Notes: a model not told the origin generated them from the sequence alone. Counted from the first letter of the stretch, positions 10,131 to 20,412 are shown. The stretch is DNA of 64,000 nucleotides from Patescibacteria group bacterium (GCA_041674405.1 JBAYVT010000002.1:23158-87157), one strand, 5' to 3'. A program made the numbers and translations.

Positions 10131-10592
10131 TTACTTCCTTTCTTTTGATACAAATTTTAAGATACTGATGTTTGATATTTGAAAAATTTTAACTATTTCA
10201 ACAATTATGGTTATCACTACCCCCATCATACTTAATATGATAAATATTTTTACCATAAGATCGGTCCATGAAGGTGCCGAAACAGCGGAAAAATCAAATG
10301 GATATGTCAAATACAATGCGTACATAGGCATAATTGAAATTACTGCCAAAAATATCAGTATGATATTTCTAAAGATTATTCGGTCATAGATCAGAAGAAT
10401 AGTATTCCCTAAAATTTGGGCAAAAAAATTTAGAACGAACAGCAAGATAGCGGCAATAGCTGAGTCCTTCAAAAATTTTAAATGCCAGTCAGGTAACTTG
10501 TAAAAAATTATTAGCAATATGATGTTCACTAACATTGAAAAAACGTAATCCACCTTGTGAGATTTCGCTGCTTGCTTAATCATTGTTTGCAC
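10131..10592 (-). CDS. hypothetical integral membrane protein
   Basis: 153 aa with 4 hydrophobic segments. No motif. Confidence 0.4.
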   Translation of the reverse strand: MQTMIKQAAKSHKVDYVFSMLVNIILLIIFYKLPDWHLKFLKDSAIAAILLFVLNFFAQILGNTILLIYDRIIFRNIILIFLAVISIMPMYALYLTYPFDFSAVSAPSWTDLMVKIFIILSMMGVVITIIVEIVKIFQISNISILKFVSKERK

Positions 10593-10601
10593 TATAGCAC
10601 A

Positions 10602-11198
10602 TCATTTTACTTCTGTCGCATTAGCAAATCTTCTTTCGCACACTGACCAATCAATTGCATTTATGATTGCCTCAATGTATCCATCGCGCTTTGTACCGTA
10701 GTCCAGCATGTATGCATGCTCGAAGGCATCTACAACTAGTATTGGCTCGCATCCAGCAAGATGTCCGGTGTCGTGTTCTCCAACCCAGACATTGAGTAGT
10801 TTGTCACCGATTTTATCATAATAAATTACAAGCCAGCCGATACCGCGCATCGTGAGCATTCGTTTAAATGATTCTCGCCACCTGTCAATCGACCCAAATT
10901 CGCTCGCTAAATACTTATGTAATTTCGAGGATGGATCTTGCTCTTTCCCGCTTTTGATTAAATTTCCAAAATATAGCTCGTGCAGCCGCATGCCGTTCCA
11001 CTCCCAGCCCATCCGGCGCTTCAATTCGGAAAAACAGCGAGATTCAAAATCACCAGATTCCGCCATCTTGGAATTTTCCTCGATTAGGCCATTGATATTC
11101 TTTACGTAACCCTGATAGAGAGTGAAATGATTTTTAAGAAGCTCTTCAGAAAACCCTTTTGTTCCGATCAACTCTTCAAAATTTTTTGCCTCATACAT
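10602..11198 (-). CDS. sod: Fe/Mn superoxide dismutase
   Basis: DAFEHAYMLDY (DxWEHAYY-type) motif. HLAGCEP region. Confidence 0.8.
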   Translation of the reverse strand: MYEAKNFEELIGTKGFSEELLKNHFTLYQGYVKNINGLIEENSKMAESGDFESRCFSELKRRMGWEWNGMRLHELYFGNLIKSGKEQDPSSKLHKYLASEFGSIDRWRESFKRMLTMRGIGWLVIYYDKIGDKLLNVWVGEHDTGHLAGCEPILVVDAFEHAYMLDYGTKRDGYIEAIINAIDWSVCERRFANATEVK

Positions 11199-11269
11199 GA
11201 TCCTCCTTGTTTATAATAATTCAACAATAATTATACTACGCGGTTATTCAAATTCGTTCATAATTTCTT

Positions 11270-11316
11270 ACAACAAAAAGCCTTGCACTGCCACTCCGGG
11301 AGTGGCAGTGCAAAGT
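11270..11316 (-). terminator. intrinsic terminator: perfect 15-16-bp palindromic stem (ttgcactgccactcc/ggagtggcagtgcaa) followed by a U-tract on the minus-strand transcript
   Basis: Seen in sequence. Confidence 0.6.
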
Positions 11317-11331
11317 TAATCAACGGAGTTT

Positions 11332-11370
11332 ACTTTATGGACTTTACGAACTTTACCGACTTTATGGACT
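11332..11370. repeat. 4.3 tandem copies of a 9-nt unit (ACTTTAYSR)
   Basis: Seen in sequence immediately 3' of the M29 aminopeptidase stop. Confidence 0.5.
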
Positions 11371-11372
11371 AA

Positions 11373-12446
11373 TTATATCTTCCAGGCCCCATTTTCCTGT
11401 ATTACTTTACCGTCGAGAATGATTTTACCCCTCTTCATATCCTTAACAATATCCCAATGGATCGCCGAGTCGTTTCCCCCACCATTTTCCTTGTATGCCA
11501 TACCGAGAGCGAGGTGAATGGTTCCGATTATTTTCTCATCGAACAATAAATTCCTAGTAAATTTTTTAATTTTGGGGTTCAGACCAATTCCAAATTCTCC
11601 CAAATATGATGAGTTACTGTCGGTCTTTAATTGTTCTTTTAAAAAATTCTTATTTTTTGAGCAATCTGATTTAATTACCTTGCCTTGATTAAATTCCAGA
11701 TAAATATCCGGCACTTCTTTTCCCGCCTCAATTGCCGGGAAATCAAATTTGATCCAGCCTTTTGCTGATTCCCGAACTGGTGCCATAAAAATTTCGCCAC
11801 AGGGGATGTTGTCGCCTTCCATATCGTTGGCAACTTTATCACCATGAATATCAAACTCAAGATCAACGTTTTTTCCCAAAAGATGAACGTGCTTGCCAGC
11901 CCTGAACTTACCGGAGACTTTGTTAATATTCTTTTTTACTTTATCCCAATCTTGAATCTCTGCCCCAAATACAAAATCCTCGTATTCATGAATTGACATC
12001 TCCGCTTCTTGAGCTAAGGCCTGGCAAGGATAACCAACTGATGCACGTCTGATTTTTCCCCTCTCATTGCAAATATAGTTTGTTATCGGATGAGTCACCG
12101 ATTCGCGTATCATCATTTTGGACGGATCGACACTGGTCATTTCTTTTGTATTGGAGTCGGTCACAATTCCAATGTAATACTGTGCATTTTTTGCAGTATA
12201 ATCGAGAATTTCCGGAAATTTTTTTAGGTGATGATCTTTTGCATATTTGTAAAATAATGGTCCAAGACCAGGCAATGAAAGTCGCAAAACCGGGTGTGCA
12301 CCTGCTTTCAGAACTTCGATATAAAGCGCTTCTACAAATGCTGCCGCTTCTGTCGAGCCAGAAATTACAACATTTGAGTCGTGTTTCACCTTCAAAAAAT
12401 ATCTGACGACTAATTGCGCGAGCTTTTTTGTTCTTGGGTCAATCAT
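11373..12446 (-). CDS. aminopeptidase, M29 (AmpS/PepS) family
   Basis: The N-terminal pattern [14 protein letters not shown]...[25 protein letters not shown] resembles aminopeptidase T. Confidence 0.55.
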   Translation of the reverse strand: MIDPRTKKLAQLVVRYFLKVKHDSNVVISGSTEAAAFVEALYIEVLKAGAHPVLRLSLPGLGPLFYKYAKDHHLKKFPEILDYTAKNAQYYIGIVTDSNTKEMTSVDPSKMMIRESVTHPITNYICNERGKIRRASVGYPCQALAQEAEMSIHEYEDFVFGAEIQDWDKVKKNINKVSGKFRAGKHVHLLGKNVDLEFDIHGDKVANDMEGDNIPCGEIFMAPVRESAKGWIKFDFPAIEAGKEVPDIYLEFNQGKVIKSDCSKNKNFLKEQLKTDSNSSYLGEFGIGLNPKIKKFTRNLLFDEKIIGTIHLALGMAYKENGGGNDSAIHWDIVKDMKRGKIILDGKVIQENGAWKI

Positions 12447-13024
12447 TTCGTAATAACCTTATCAATTAGACCATAGTCTTTTGCCATTTTGGCATCCATG
12501 TAGAAATCGCGGTCGAGATCTTTTTCGATTTTTGATTCGGATTGGCCAGTGTTTTGCGCCATGATTTTAGTCAGATTTTTCTTTGTTTTCAAGATATGCT
12601 CGGCATTAATCGCGATGTCAGAAGCTTGGCCTTCTGCTCCACCCAGTGGCTGATGAATCATGACTTCGGCATTTGGCAAGGCAAATCTTTTGCCTTTTTC
12701 ACCTGAGGACAAAACCCAGGCACCGCCTGATGCCGCCATACCAACACAGACCGTCGAAACTGGTGCTTTCACATAATTCATCGTATCGATTATCGCCAAA
12801 GTTGCTGTCACCGATCCACCTGGTGAATTTACGTACATATTAATGTCTTTTTTTGAATCTTCCGAATCAAGAAATAAAAGTTGGGCAATAATAATATTGG
12901 CCAAATCATCAGTGATCGGTCCGCCCAAAAAAACAATTCTGTCTTTTAGAAGCCGTGAGTATATATCATAAGCCCTCTCTCCTTCAAAAGTTTTTTCTAC
13001 TACCGTAGGAACTAGATATGACAT
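12443..13024 (-). CDS. clpP: ATP-dependent Clp protease proteolytic subunit
   Basis: [17 protein letters not shown] and [11 protein letters not shown] active-site regions. Confidence 0.9.
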   Translation of the reverse strand: MSYLVPTVVEKTFEGERAYDIYSRLLKDRIVFLGGPITDDLANIIIAQLLFLDSEDSKKDINMYVNSPGGSVTATLAIIDTMNYVKAPVSTVCVGMAASGGAWVLSSGEKGKRFALPNAEVMIHQPLGGAEGQASDIAINAEHILKTKKNLTKIMAQNTGQSESKIEKDLDRDFYMDAKMAKDYGLIDKVITK

Positions 13025-13344
13025 GATTCTCCTTTGTTTAAATGTGATATACCCACATTATGATAAATACCTGATATTTTGCTTAATAAAAAAATCAATA
13101 TCTGTTAAATCAACATAGCAAAAACGAGCTTTGTCTTCAATATATAGATGCAAAATCGTTATACAGCACTTATTTTAGATAGCCTTTTTTGTGCAATATA
13201 TCCGGGATATTTATTACTTTTGAACAAGGCAACTCGCCCATTGAAAATTATCGCCCCGATTACACAAGGGCGAAACCGCGCGGCACGGATATCATTCAGA
13301 TACTTTTCGTCGATAGCTTTTTCCGGTTCTTGGATAATAATTGT

Positions 13345-14622
13345 TTAAGCGATAAAATCCATCATTGATACAGATTTTTTAGCCTCAGAATACTGATTGT
13401 AGCGCAAGCTTATGAAGATTCCGAAAGACAAAATGAATATCGACAGGGCGACCATTGCTACAAATGGAGAAGTCGCATCCGATATTCCTCCTACTGCGAG
13501 AGCAGGGATCGACATCGCAAGATTGATAAGCATAGAAACAATACCAAACACTCTTCCTCGGAAATGTCCTTCCGTTTTAATATGAAGGAATGTCTGTGCT
13601 GAGATATAAATAATGGAACAGCCAAACCCCAGAGCAATAACAAGCAGAGTTACAATCAATCTCGAGAAAATGAAAGTGTGATAAAATTTGAATCCTGAAA
13701 ACATTAGCAGAGCCAAACCCACAGCAAGGAAAGGCCAATTAGTACTAAAATCAAAATTAAATTTTCGCCGTCTCTCAAGGATATATGCCGCAATTATCAT
13801 TCCGATACCCGCAGGAGCAATAACATAAGGACCAACCAATTCTGCCGGTAAGGATAGGACGCTCGTTCCGAAACCTGGCAACAAGACCACAAAAGAGCCC
13901 AGTGCGACCCAGCCGACGGTAAGTTTAGCCATCATTCTAAAAATCTGGCGATTTTTTAAGCTATACGCTATTCCCTCTTTAGTCGATTTCCAGATACTTT
14001 CAATGTCCGGTGCGAGAGTTGAGAGAGATATTGGCTTGGTTTCTTTCAAATCATAGTTTGTCATCCTATTCACTGAAAGGGTTGCAATCAGATAAAACAA
14101 GCCGCAGATCAGAAACAAAAATAAGGGAGAACTAACTCTCATTATCGGACCAGCCAGCGAATAGCCGACCAGAAGCGTTGCATATGTTGTCGTTACAATT
14201 AATGAATTCGCTGCGATCAATTTCTCCTTAGGCACTATGAGTGGAATTGAGGCTTGCTCGGCCGGAGAAAAAAATTGTGCAACAGAAGAAATTATAAATA
14301 TAATTTCCAAGAGAGCCAAAACGTTGCTTTGGGCAAAGATTAGAAGAACTACAGCAACAAATCTTAGAAAATTGGTAAGTATCAAAATTTTCTTATAATT
14401 GAACCTATCCGCAAAAACTCCGGAAAAAGGCCCGAGAAGAACCGATGGTATTGCAGAAGCAATTAATACGAGTGAAATTGCGGTCGTCGAATTTGTAAGC
14501 TGATAAATATGCAAGATCAATGCAAAATTCAACATATTTAGAGCAACCTGCGAAGTCCATTGCGAAGTCCAGAGTTTGAAAAAATCTTTGTATTTAAGCA
14601 CACTTACAAATGTAGATGACAC
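13345..14622 (-). CDS. MFS transporter
   Basis: 425 aa with about 12 TM segments. MFS-like GxxADRxxYKK motif. Confidence 0.65.
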   Translation of the reverse strand: MSSTFVSVLKYKDFFKLWTSQWTSQVALNMLNFALILHIYQLTNSTTAISLVLIASAIPSVLLGPFSGVFADRFNYKKILILTNFLRFVAVVLLIFAQSNVLALLEIIFIISSVAQFFSPAEQASIPLIVPKEKLIAANSLIVTTTYATLLVGYSLAGPIMRVSSPLFLFLICGLFYLIATLSVNRMTNYDLKETKPISLSTLAPDIESIWKSTKEGIAYSLKNRQIFRMMAKLTVGWVALGSFVVLLPGFGTSVLSLPAELVGPYVIAPAGIGMIIAAYILERRRKFNFDFSTNWPFLAVGLALLMFSGFKFYHTFIFSRLIVTLLVIALGFGCSIIYISAQTFLHIKTEGHFRGRVFGIVSMLINLAMSIPALAVGGISDATSPFVAMVALSIFILSFGIFISLRYNQYSEAKKSVSMMDFIA

Positions 14623-14638
14623 GGACCCTCCGCGTTTG

Positions 14639-15838
14639 TTATTTCGTCAAAGTTTTTACCAGGTGGTCAAGAGCCTTTGCTCCCGCATCTTCCTTACTCG
14701 AATCAATTTTTTGGTCTTGAATAATTTTACCTAACATGAGACCAATTTTAACATTTTTGGTAGCCTGTTCGCGCATATCTTTGCGAATATCATCAATTTT
14801 TTTCTTCATATTTTCCAGATATTTTTCGAAACTCATTCCCGAAGATTCTACTTGTCCGCGAAAATGTTCTATCATTCTTTCTGTTTCCTGGATAATCAAT
14901 ATCTCGGGAATGTCAACTTTGAGAAGAGGTAATACTTTTTCGATTACTGAAAGCTCAAGCTCGTTTTTGTATTTCGCATCAGTTTCTTTTTTGAGGCTAT
15001 CCATGACAGCCGATTTTAATTCGGAAAATTTCTTGTGCCCATAATGTTCTGCAAATTTGTCGTCGAGTTCGGGAAGGATGACCTCTTTGAGGTCTTCAAG
15101 TTTAACATTGAATTCTGCTTCCTTGCCGGAAAGTGTTTTCTCGTGATAATCTTTCGGAAATTTGATTTTAAAGGTTTTTTCTTCACCCTTTTTCATCCCC
15201 ACAACTTCATCCTCAAATCCCGGAATCAGATTTCCTTCGCCCAAAATGATCGGGTGATTTTTTGAGCACATTGCATCAACTTTAACGCCCTTCTTAAAAC
15301 CTTCATATGAAATTTCTGCCCGATCTCCCTTTTTTGCCGAGCGTTCAGCATCCTTAAATGTTGCTTTTTGTTTGCGCAAATGTTCTAAAATTTTTTCGAC
15401 ATCAGTTTCTTTTGGTTCTTCTTTTTTTGGTGCTTTCACTTTTAGTTTCGAATAATCCCCAAGCTCAATTTTGGGCATAACATCAATTTCGGCAGTATAT
15501 TCCAAATTGTCCTTAATATCTAGTTCATCGATCGAAAAGTTCGGAGATTTTGTAATTTTGATATCTGGCTGCGATAGTGGCATAATTTTTTCGCTTGCAA
15601 CCACTTCCGGATAACTTCCCCTTACAGCACAATCAATCCCTTCAGAAATGAGGCGATTGTGGCCAGCTGCAGATTCTACAATTTTGTACGGGGCCTTGCC
15701 GGGGCGGAATCCATCAAGCTTCATTCCGGATGCAACTTTTTCGTAAGCTTCACGAAAATATTTTGCAAGCTCTTTGGGTTCAACTAGAACTTCTAGTTTC
15801 ACTCGGCTGTTTTTAAGATTTTCAAGTTTTACCTTCAT
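14639..15838 (-). CDS. tig: trigger factor
   Basis: GFRPGKAP signature. 399 aa with the expected domain order. Confidence 0.85.
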   Translation of the reverse strand: MKVKLENLKNSRVKLEVLVEPKELAKYFREAYEKVASGMKLDGFRPGKAPYKIVESAAGHNRLISEGIDCAVRGSYPEVVASEKIMPLSQPDIKITKSPNFSIDELDIKDNLEYTAEIDVMPKIELGDYSKLKVKAPKKEEPKETDVEKILEHLRKQKATFKDAERSAKKGDRAEISYEGFKKGVKVDAMCSKNHPIILGEGNLIPGFEDEVVGMKKGEEKTFKIKFPKDYHEKTLSGKEAEFNVKLEDLKEVILPELDDKFAEHYGHKKFSELKSAVMDSLKKETDAKYKNELELSVIEKVLPLLKVDIPEILIIQETERMIEHFRGQVESSGMSFEKYLENMKKKIDDIRKDMREQATKNVKIGLMLGKIIQDQKIDSSKEDAGAKALDHLVKTLTK

Positions 15839-15907
15839 AATATTCCCAACAATAAAATAATAATTTACTCGTATAGATTATCATATTAAGACTAGGATTG
15901 AAAGTCT

Positions 15908-15937
15908 GGTAGCACAGGCGGAACCGCCTGTGCTACC
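15908..15937. other. perfect GC-rich hairpin ggtagcacaggcgg-aa-ccgcctgtgctacc
   Basis: Seen in sequence. Lies just 3' (on the minus strand) of the GC-rich micro-ORF. Confidence 0.5.
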
Positions 15938-15961
15938 GACGGCAGCAGAGGGTGTGGGACG

Positions 15962-16114
15962 TTATCCGGGCCAGTTGGCCGGATCGTTGTCGGGGTCGTA
16001 GGTGACTGGCTTAGCCCGTTTGCGGGCATCATTCAGGATGATCAACAGGTCGGCAAACGGCACATCGGGTACTGAGTCCGAAGCTACCTGGTAATCGCCG
16101 GCATAACCACACAT
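15962..16114 (-). CDS. GC-rich 50-aa micro-ORF (MCGYAGDYQVASDSVPDVPFADLLIILNDARKRAKPVTYDPDNDPANWPG), or an ncRNA
   Basis: AGGAGG SD 7 nt upstream of the ATG. Composition differs from its surroundings. Not statistically compelling on its own. Confidence 0.3.
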   Translation of the reverse strand: MCGYAGDYQVASDSVPDVPFADLLIILNDARKRAKPVTYDPDNDPANWPG

Positions 16115-16167
16115 AAAACTACCTCCTGGTCCTTGATTCCCTCTTGCATTTTATATATCACTTTAGA

Positions 16168-17172
16168 TCAATATACGCTATATCCACCAAATTTTTTTAA
16201 TTCAGAAAGCAGAAGCTTTTTATTGCTTTTATCACCGCAGAAAAGCAAACATCCTCCTCCCCCAGCACCACAAGCACGGTGGGAATATCCGTATTTTTCC
16301 GCAATTTTAGCCATCATTTTCATGTTTTTTGTATAATATGCACTTGATAGATCTAGGCGCAAATTCCTATCATTGGCGATTCCTGTTTTGAGCATAGATA
16401 GGTCTTTCCCCAAGATCCCTCGCCAAATATCTTCCGCATTTTTGGCAATCTTCTTAATTAATAATGGATTTTTTTCATATCCAGATCTCATTTGAGAGTT
16501 TAGTTTTCCTGATGATCTCGATTCACCGCTGTAATATACCAGAATATGATTCAACACCCAGTTATATAACGGAGAGTTTTCTTCTCTATGGTCAATCATC
16601 TTCGCTTCTCCATATCCAGGACCACCAAAAGTCATGTAGTTCATTCCTCCGTGCCACGCAGCATAATAATCTTGCTTGCCTCCTAAAATTCCCATCGACA
16701 TTTCAACCAAATAGTTCAATTCGGGAACATTTACACCGGGAATTTCATAAAGTTCGGAAAGTGCCATGATCACTCCAACCCCTACCGCCGAAGAAGTGCC
16801 TAGGCCAGAAGCAGACGGAATGATGCCAACACTGGTAACTTTTATTTCCAATCCATCCGGCTTTAGGTTAAATAACGAAATAAAATGTCGGACAATCTGG
16901 CTAACATTATTTTTTTCTTGTTTGATAAGATCTTCAATACTCCCTTCGATTTTCTCGCCCAAATCAGGAAGTTCGAGTTTAATACCCTTGCCGCCATTCA
17001 GTTTCGCTTCAACTTTGACTTGTACCGGTAAGGCAATATTTACAACCGAGCCACGATCCGCTTTAAGTTTCTTAAGGTAGTAGCTAATATCTGTAGAACC
17101 GCCGGCAATATCTGCACGAACTGGCACGAACAGAGTTACCCTTTTCATCATTTCCTCCTGGATTTCTTCCAT
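16168..17172 (-). CDS. GHMP-family sugar kinase
   Basis: PSASGLGTSSAVGVGV (GHMP motif 2). Confidence 0.7.
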   Translation of the reverse strand: MEEIQEEMMKRVTLFVPVRADIAGGSTDISYYLKKLKADRGSVVNIALPVQVKVEAKLNGGKGIKLELPDLGEKIEGSIEDLIKQEKNNVSQIVRHFISLFNLKPDGLEIKVTSVGIIPSASGLGTSSAVGVGVIMALSELYEIPGVNVPELNYLVEMSMGILGGKQDYYAAWHGGMNYMTFGGPGYGEAKMIDHREENSPLYNWVLNHILVYYSGESRSSGKLNSQMRSGYEKNPLLIKKIAKNAEDIWRGILGKDLSMLKTGIANDRNLRLDLSSAYYTKNMKMMAKIAEKYGYSHRACGAGGGGCLLFCGDKSNKKLLLSELKKFGGYSVY

Positions 17173-17999
17173 TCCTTAATCGCCTTTTCGTATGATTCAT
17201 AGGTACCCGTATCAAGCCACTGGCTAAAGAAGGGGTAACCAAATAATTTCCCCTCCTCCGCCAACTTTGGATATATGTCATATTCAACCATTGCCTTCCC
17301 CTTTTGGGGAACATATTTATCGATCACTTCTGGTTCCATTATAGCCATACCCGCATTAGCAAGATTACTTGGTGCTTCTGATCTCTTTGGTTTTTCGACA
17401 AAACCGGTTATTCGGCTGCCGGTAAGTGATGCAACCCCAAAACGGCTCGGGTCCTCAACCGGTGTGAGTGCAATTGTAGCTAATCCTTCATTATTTCGAT
17501 GAAAATGCATAAAATCCGAAAGATCAATTTCCGAAAGCACATCCCCCCAAACAATAAAGAAGGTTTCATTTAGAAATTTTTTTGCCAATCGCAATGGTCC
17601 TGCTGTTCCTAGTGGGGATCTTTCTTCAACATAATTTATCCTGACGCCAAATTTTGTGCCATCTTTGAAGTAATCCTTGATCATCTCCCCCTTATAACCC
17701 AATGCCAGACAGATTTCGGTAACACCATGTGAGCGCAGAAGGTCTATCACATGTTCCACCATTGGCTTTCCAGCAACTGGCAAAAGCGCCTTTGGTAATT
17801 CATAAGTAAATGGCCGAAGCCTTGTCCCCTCGCCCCCAACGAGAAGAATTGCTTTTTTGATTTGGTTTATGCCAAGGCCATTTTCGATAAGATATTCTGT
17901 CGCATGCGATCGATTTCTGATTTTTTTACCATCGATTATTGCATCAATCTTTGAAAATAGGTCTTTTTTAATGGTGACGGTTAACTTTTCTCGTTCCAT
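17148..17999 (-). CDS. sugar-phosphate nucleotidyltransferase with an N-terminal ~50-aa RHH-like extension
   Basis: LLVGGEGTRLRPFT (GGxGTRL) motif. N-terminus LTVTIKKDLFSKIDAIIDG...SHATEYLIENGL. Confidence 0.7.
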   Translation of the reverse strand: MEREKLTVTIKKDLFSKIDAIIDGKKIRNRSHATEYLIENGLGINQIKKAILLVGGEGTRLRPFTYELPKALLPVAGKPMVEHVIDLLRSHGVTEICLALGYKGEMIKDYFKDGTKFGVRINYVEERSPLGTAGPLRLAKKFLNETFFIVWGDVLSEIDLSDFMHFHRNNEGLATIALTPVEDPSRFGVASLTGSRITGFVEKPKRSEAPSNLANAGMAIMEPEVIDKYVPQKGKAMVEYDIYPKLAEEGKLFGYPFFSQWLDTGTYESYEKAIKEWKKSRRK

Positions 18000-18071
18000 A
18001 GAACTCCTTAAAAATTATTCATATACGATAATATACGATATATAAAAATAGATCAAATTGATTGAAATAGC

Positions 18072-18461
18072 TTAGTCCGACATGATTACCCAGGGTCGCC
18101 GATCCTGTTTCTTGTATTTAACGCAGGCAACAAAACGTTCAGGATCTTTCAAAAATATCAGAGAAACAAAATTTGCTTTTTTCTTTTCTTCCCAAAATTT
18201 TTCATCGACACATAAGTCATCAGAATACATTTTACGAAATTCCGAAAGACCTTTCGATCCAAAATTTTCGTAATACAAAACATTATCTACAAAAACTCGT
18301 CCAACAATACCGCCACCTGATTTTTTAAGATAAATTTCATCTTCTTTTGCAACAGATCCGTAAGGGGCAATTTTATGAATTGAAAATCGTGACTCGATTG
18401 TTTTTTTTCCAACCAGGATATTTTCTATAGCATCACCAACAAAAATCGCTAAATGCCTCAT
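18072..18461 (-). CDS. ASCH-domain protein
   Basis: GKKTIESR matches the ASCH GxKxxExR motif. Confidence 0.5.
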   Translation of the reverse strand: MRHLAIFVGDAIENILVGKKTIESRFSIHKIAPYGSVAKEDEIYLKKSGGGIVGRVFVDNVLYYENFGSKGLSEFRKMYSDDLCVDEKFWEEKKKANFVSLIFLKDPERFVACVKYKKQDRRPWVIMSD

Positions 18462-18499
18462 GAAACTCCTAAAGTGCCTTAATATTTTTGGCCACCTAA

Positions 18500-18537
18500 T
18501 TAAAACAAAAACAAACAGCTGTTTGTTTTTGTTTTAA
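18500..18537 (-). terminator. perfect 38-nt palindrome ttaaaacaaaaacaaacag/ctgtttgtttttgttttaa
   Basis: Seen in sequence downstream of the pfkB-like gene. Flanked by A/T tracts, so possibly bidirectional. Confidence 0.6.
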
Positions 18538-18556
18538 TATTTAGAATATACCCTTA

Positions 18557-19570
18557 TTAATAAATCTCGACAACCATGCGTGGATTTTCAGCTACTTGCG
18601 CCTCAAGCTCCGATTTGGGCAACAACCCCCCTTGTGCTCCAATTATTCTGACAACGGAAGTAGAATTTACTATACCTGCTTTGAGTGCTTCAGATATCTT
18701 GTATTGATCGGAAAAATCCGCGTCTTTTGAATCTAAAAATTTCGCAACAAAAGCTGATGCAAAACTATCACCCGCTCCAGTCGCATCCACTCTTTCTCGA
18801 TTCATTGCTTCGATTCGATATGACCGAACCCCATCAAATGCGTAAGCGCCTTCTTTTCCATCGGTTACGATAATTATTCTTGGCCCAAGAGCATGAAGCG
18901 ATTTGGCAATTTCTTCAACCCGCGGCCGCACAGGATAATTGGAAAATTTTATTGCTTCTTCACGATTCAAAATCAATATCGAAACACATTTTAATAATGC
19001 CCTGTATTTCGAAACACCCTTTTCGATTTGCAAAGAACCAGGATTCCATGCAATTTTTGTTCCCTTCTCAGAAGCCATAGATATTAGATCCTTTTCAACT
19101 TCTTCGGTGTTTTCCCCCATCGGGCAAACAAAAAACCATTTAGTTTTTAAATTTTTTTTAGGCTTCAGCACTGAGTAATCTGAAACCCCGTGGCAAACAA
19201 AAATTGTTCTTTCGTCCCCAAGATTAAAAATGATTGAAAAATTTGTTTGGACATCATGTTTTTTAATGACCTGCGCTTCGTCTACACCCTCAATCCTAAG
19301 CCTTTCCAGTATTTTTTCAGAAGGAGAATCGTCTCCAATAGCAGTAATAATTGCAGTGTTATATCCAAGGCGATTGAACGAAACAGCAGTGTTGCATGCT
19401 GAACCGCCAATATCATAAAATGCATGTTCTAAAGAAATTTTTTCCCCCAGTTCAAAAGAAACAGATTTGCCCGAGGCATATCTCCGGCTGCTTTCAATAT
19501 CAAAAGTATGAGGCTTAACAAAAATATCCTCTGAAGCATCCCCAATTGTGACAATATCATACTTTGTCAT
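18557..19570 (-). CDS. PfkB-family carbohydrate kinase
   Basis: DATGAGDSFASAFVAKF (PfkB signature 2). Sits next to fba and pgk. Confidence 0.75.
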   Translation of the reverse strand: MTKYDIVTIGDASEDIFVKPHTFDIESSRRYASGKSVSFELGEKISLEHAFYDIGGSACNTAVSFNRLGYNTAIITAIGDDSPSEKILERLRIEGVDEAQVIKKHDVQTNFSIIFNLGDERTIFVCHGVSDYSVLKPKKNLKTKWFFVCPMGENTEEVEKDLISMASEKGTKIAWNPGSLQIEKGVSKYRALLKCVSILILNREEAIKFSNYPVRPRVEEIAKSLHALGPRIIIVTDGKEGAYAFDGVRSYRIEAMNRERVDATGAGDSFASAFVAKFLDSKDADFSDQYKISEALKAGIVNSTSVVRIIGAQGGLLPKSELEAQVAENPRMVVEIY

Positions 19571-20412
19571 ACTTTTGCTTTATTTCTTGAACCAAATAAT
19601 GTTATGTAATCACAGACTAATTTTTCAATATCAGCCTTCACTTCATTGAAGACATCTCTTGGATCATCGCTGATATCGATATTCTTTGAGGCGCTGGACA
19701 AGAACGCCTTGCGTATTTTGGTATCAATATTAAATTTGACCGCACCCGCTGCTATAGCAGCTTTTATGTCCTTCTGTGAAAGGCCCGATGCACCATGGAT
19801 CACAATTGGAACAGAACTAGCATGGGCGATTTTTGACAAAAGTGAAATATCTAACTTTTCACCCCTCGGTGCACCATGTTCATTGCCTACAGAAACTGCT
19901 AATGAAGTAATCCCGGTTCGATTAATAAAATCACTAGCTAAATCAGGATGGGTATATGAACTTTTGTTCGATAATTCTCCACCCTCTTCGCGCGAAATTA
20001 CACCCAGTTCCGCTTCCACATCTACATCAAATTCTTTCGCATACGAAACAACTTTTTTAGTTAAAGCGATATTTGATTCATATGGCAGTTTTGAAGCATC
20101 AATCATTACAGAATTATATCCGATATCGATGCACTCCTTGACTATTCCAAAATCACGCGCATGATCAAGGTGAATTGCGGCAAAAACATCTTGGCTGTCC
20201 AGTTCGCTTTTTATTATTCCAAATAGTTCAGGAAGCCCGGCATAATCGATTGCGCTTGGCGTAGTCTGAATAATTACTGGTGAATTCATTTTTTTTGCAG
20301 CAGCTACGACTACTTGTACTGTTTCGAGATTATATACATTAAAAGCACCTATGGCATAGCCATCGTTTTTGGCTCCTTGATATGCTTCTTTGAGATTTAA
20401 TAATGGCATCAA
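19567..20412 (-). CDS. fba: class II fructose/tagatose-bisphosphate aldolase
   Basis: LDHARDF and IHGASG motifs. Confidence 0.85.
   Translation of the reverse strand: MMPLLNLKEAYQGAKNDGYAIGAFNVYNLETVQVVVAAAKKMNSPVIIQTTPSAIDYAGLPELFGIIKSELDSQDVFAAIHLDHARDFGIVKECIDIGYNSVMIDASKLPYESNIALTKKVVSYAKEFDVDVEAELGVISREEGGELSNKSSYTHPDLASDFINRTGITSLAVSVGNEHGAPRGEKLDISLLSKIAHASSVPIVIHGASGLSQKDIKAAIAAGAVKFNIDTKIRKAFLSSASKNIDISDDPRDVFNEVKADIEKLVCDYITLFGSRNKAKV

Noticed and set aside
13148-13348. 66-aa plus-strand ORF in the clpP-MFS intergenic region
   Set aside because: It has no SD or motif, is AT-rich, and overlaps the likely MFS terminator and clpP promoter region.
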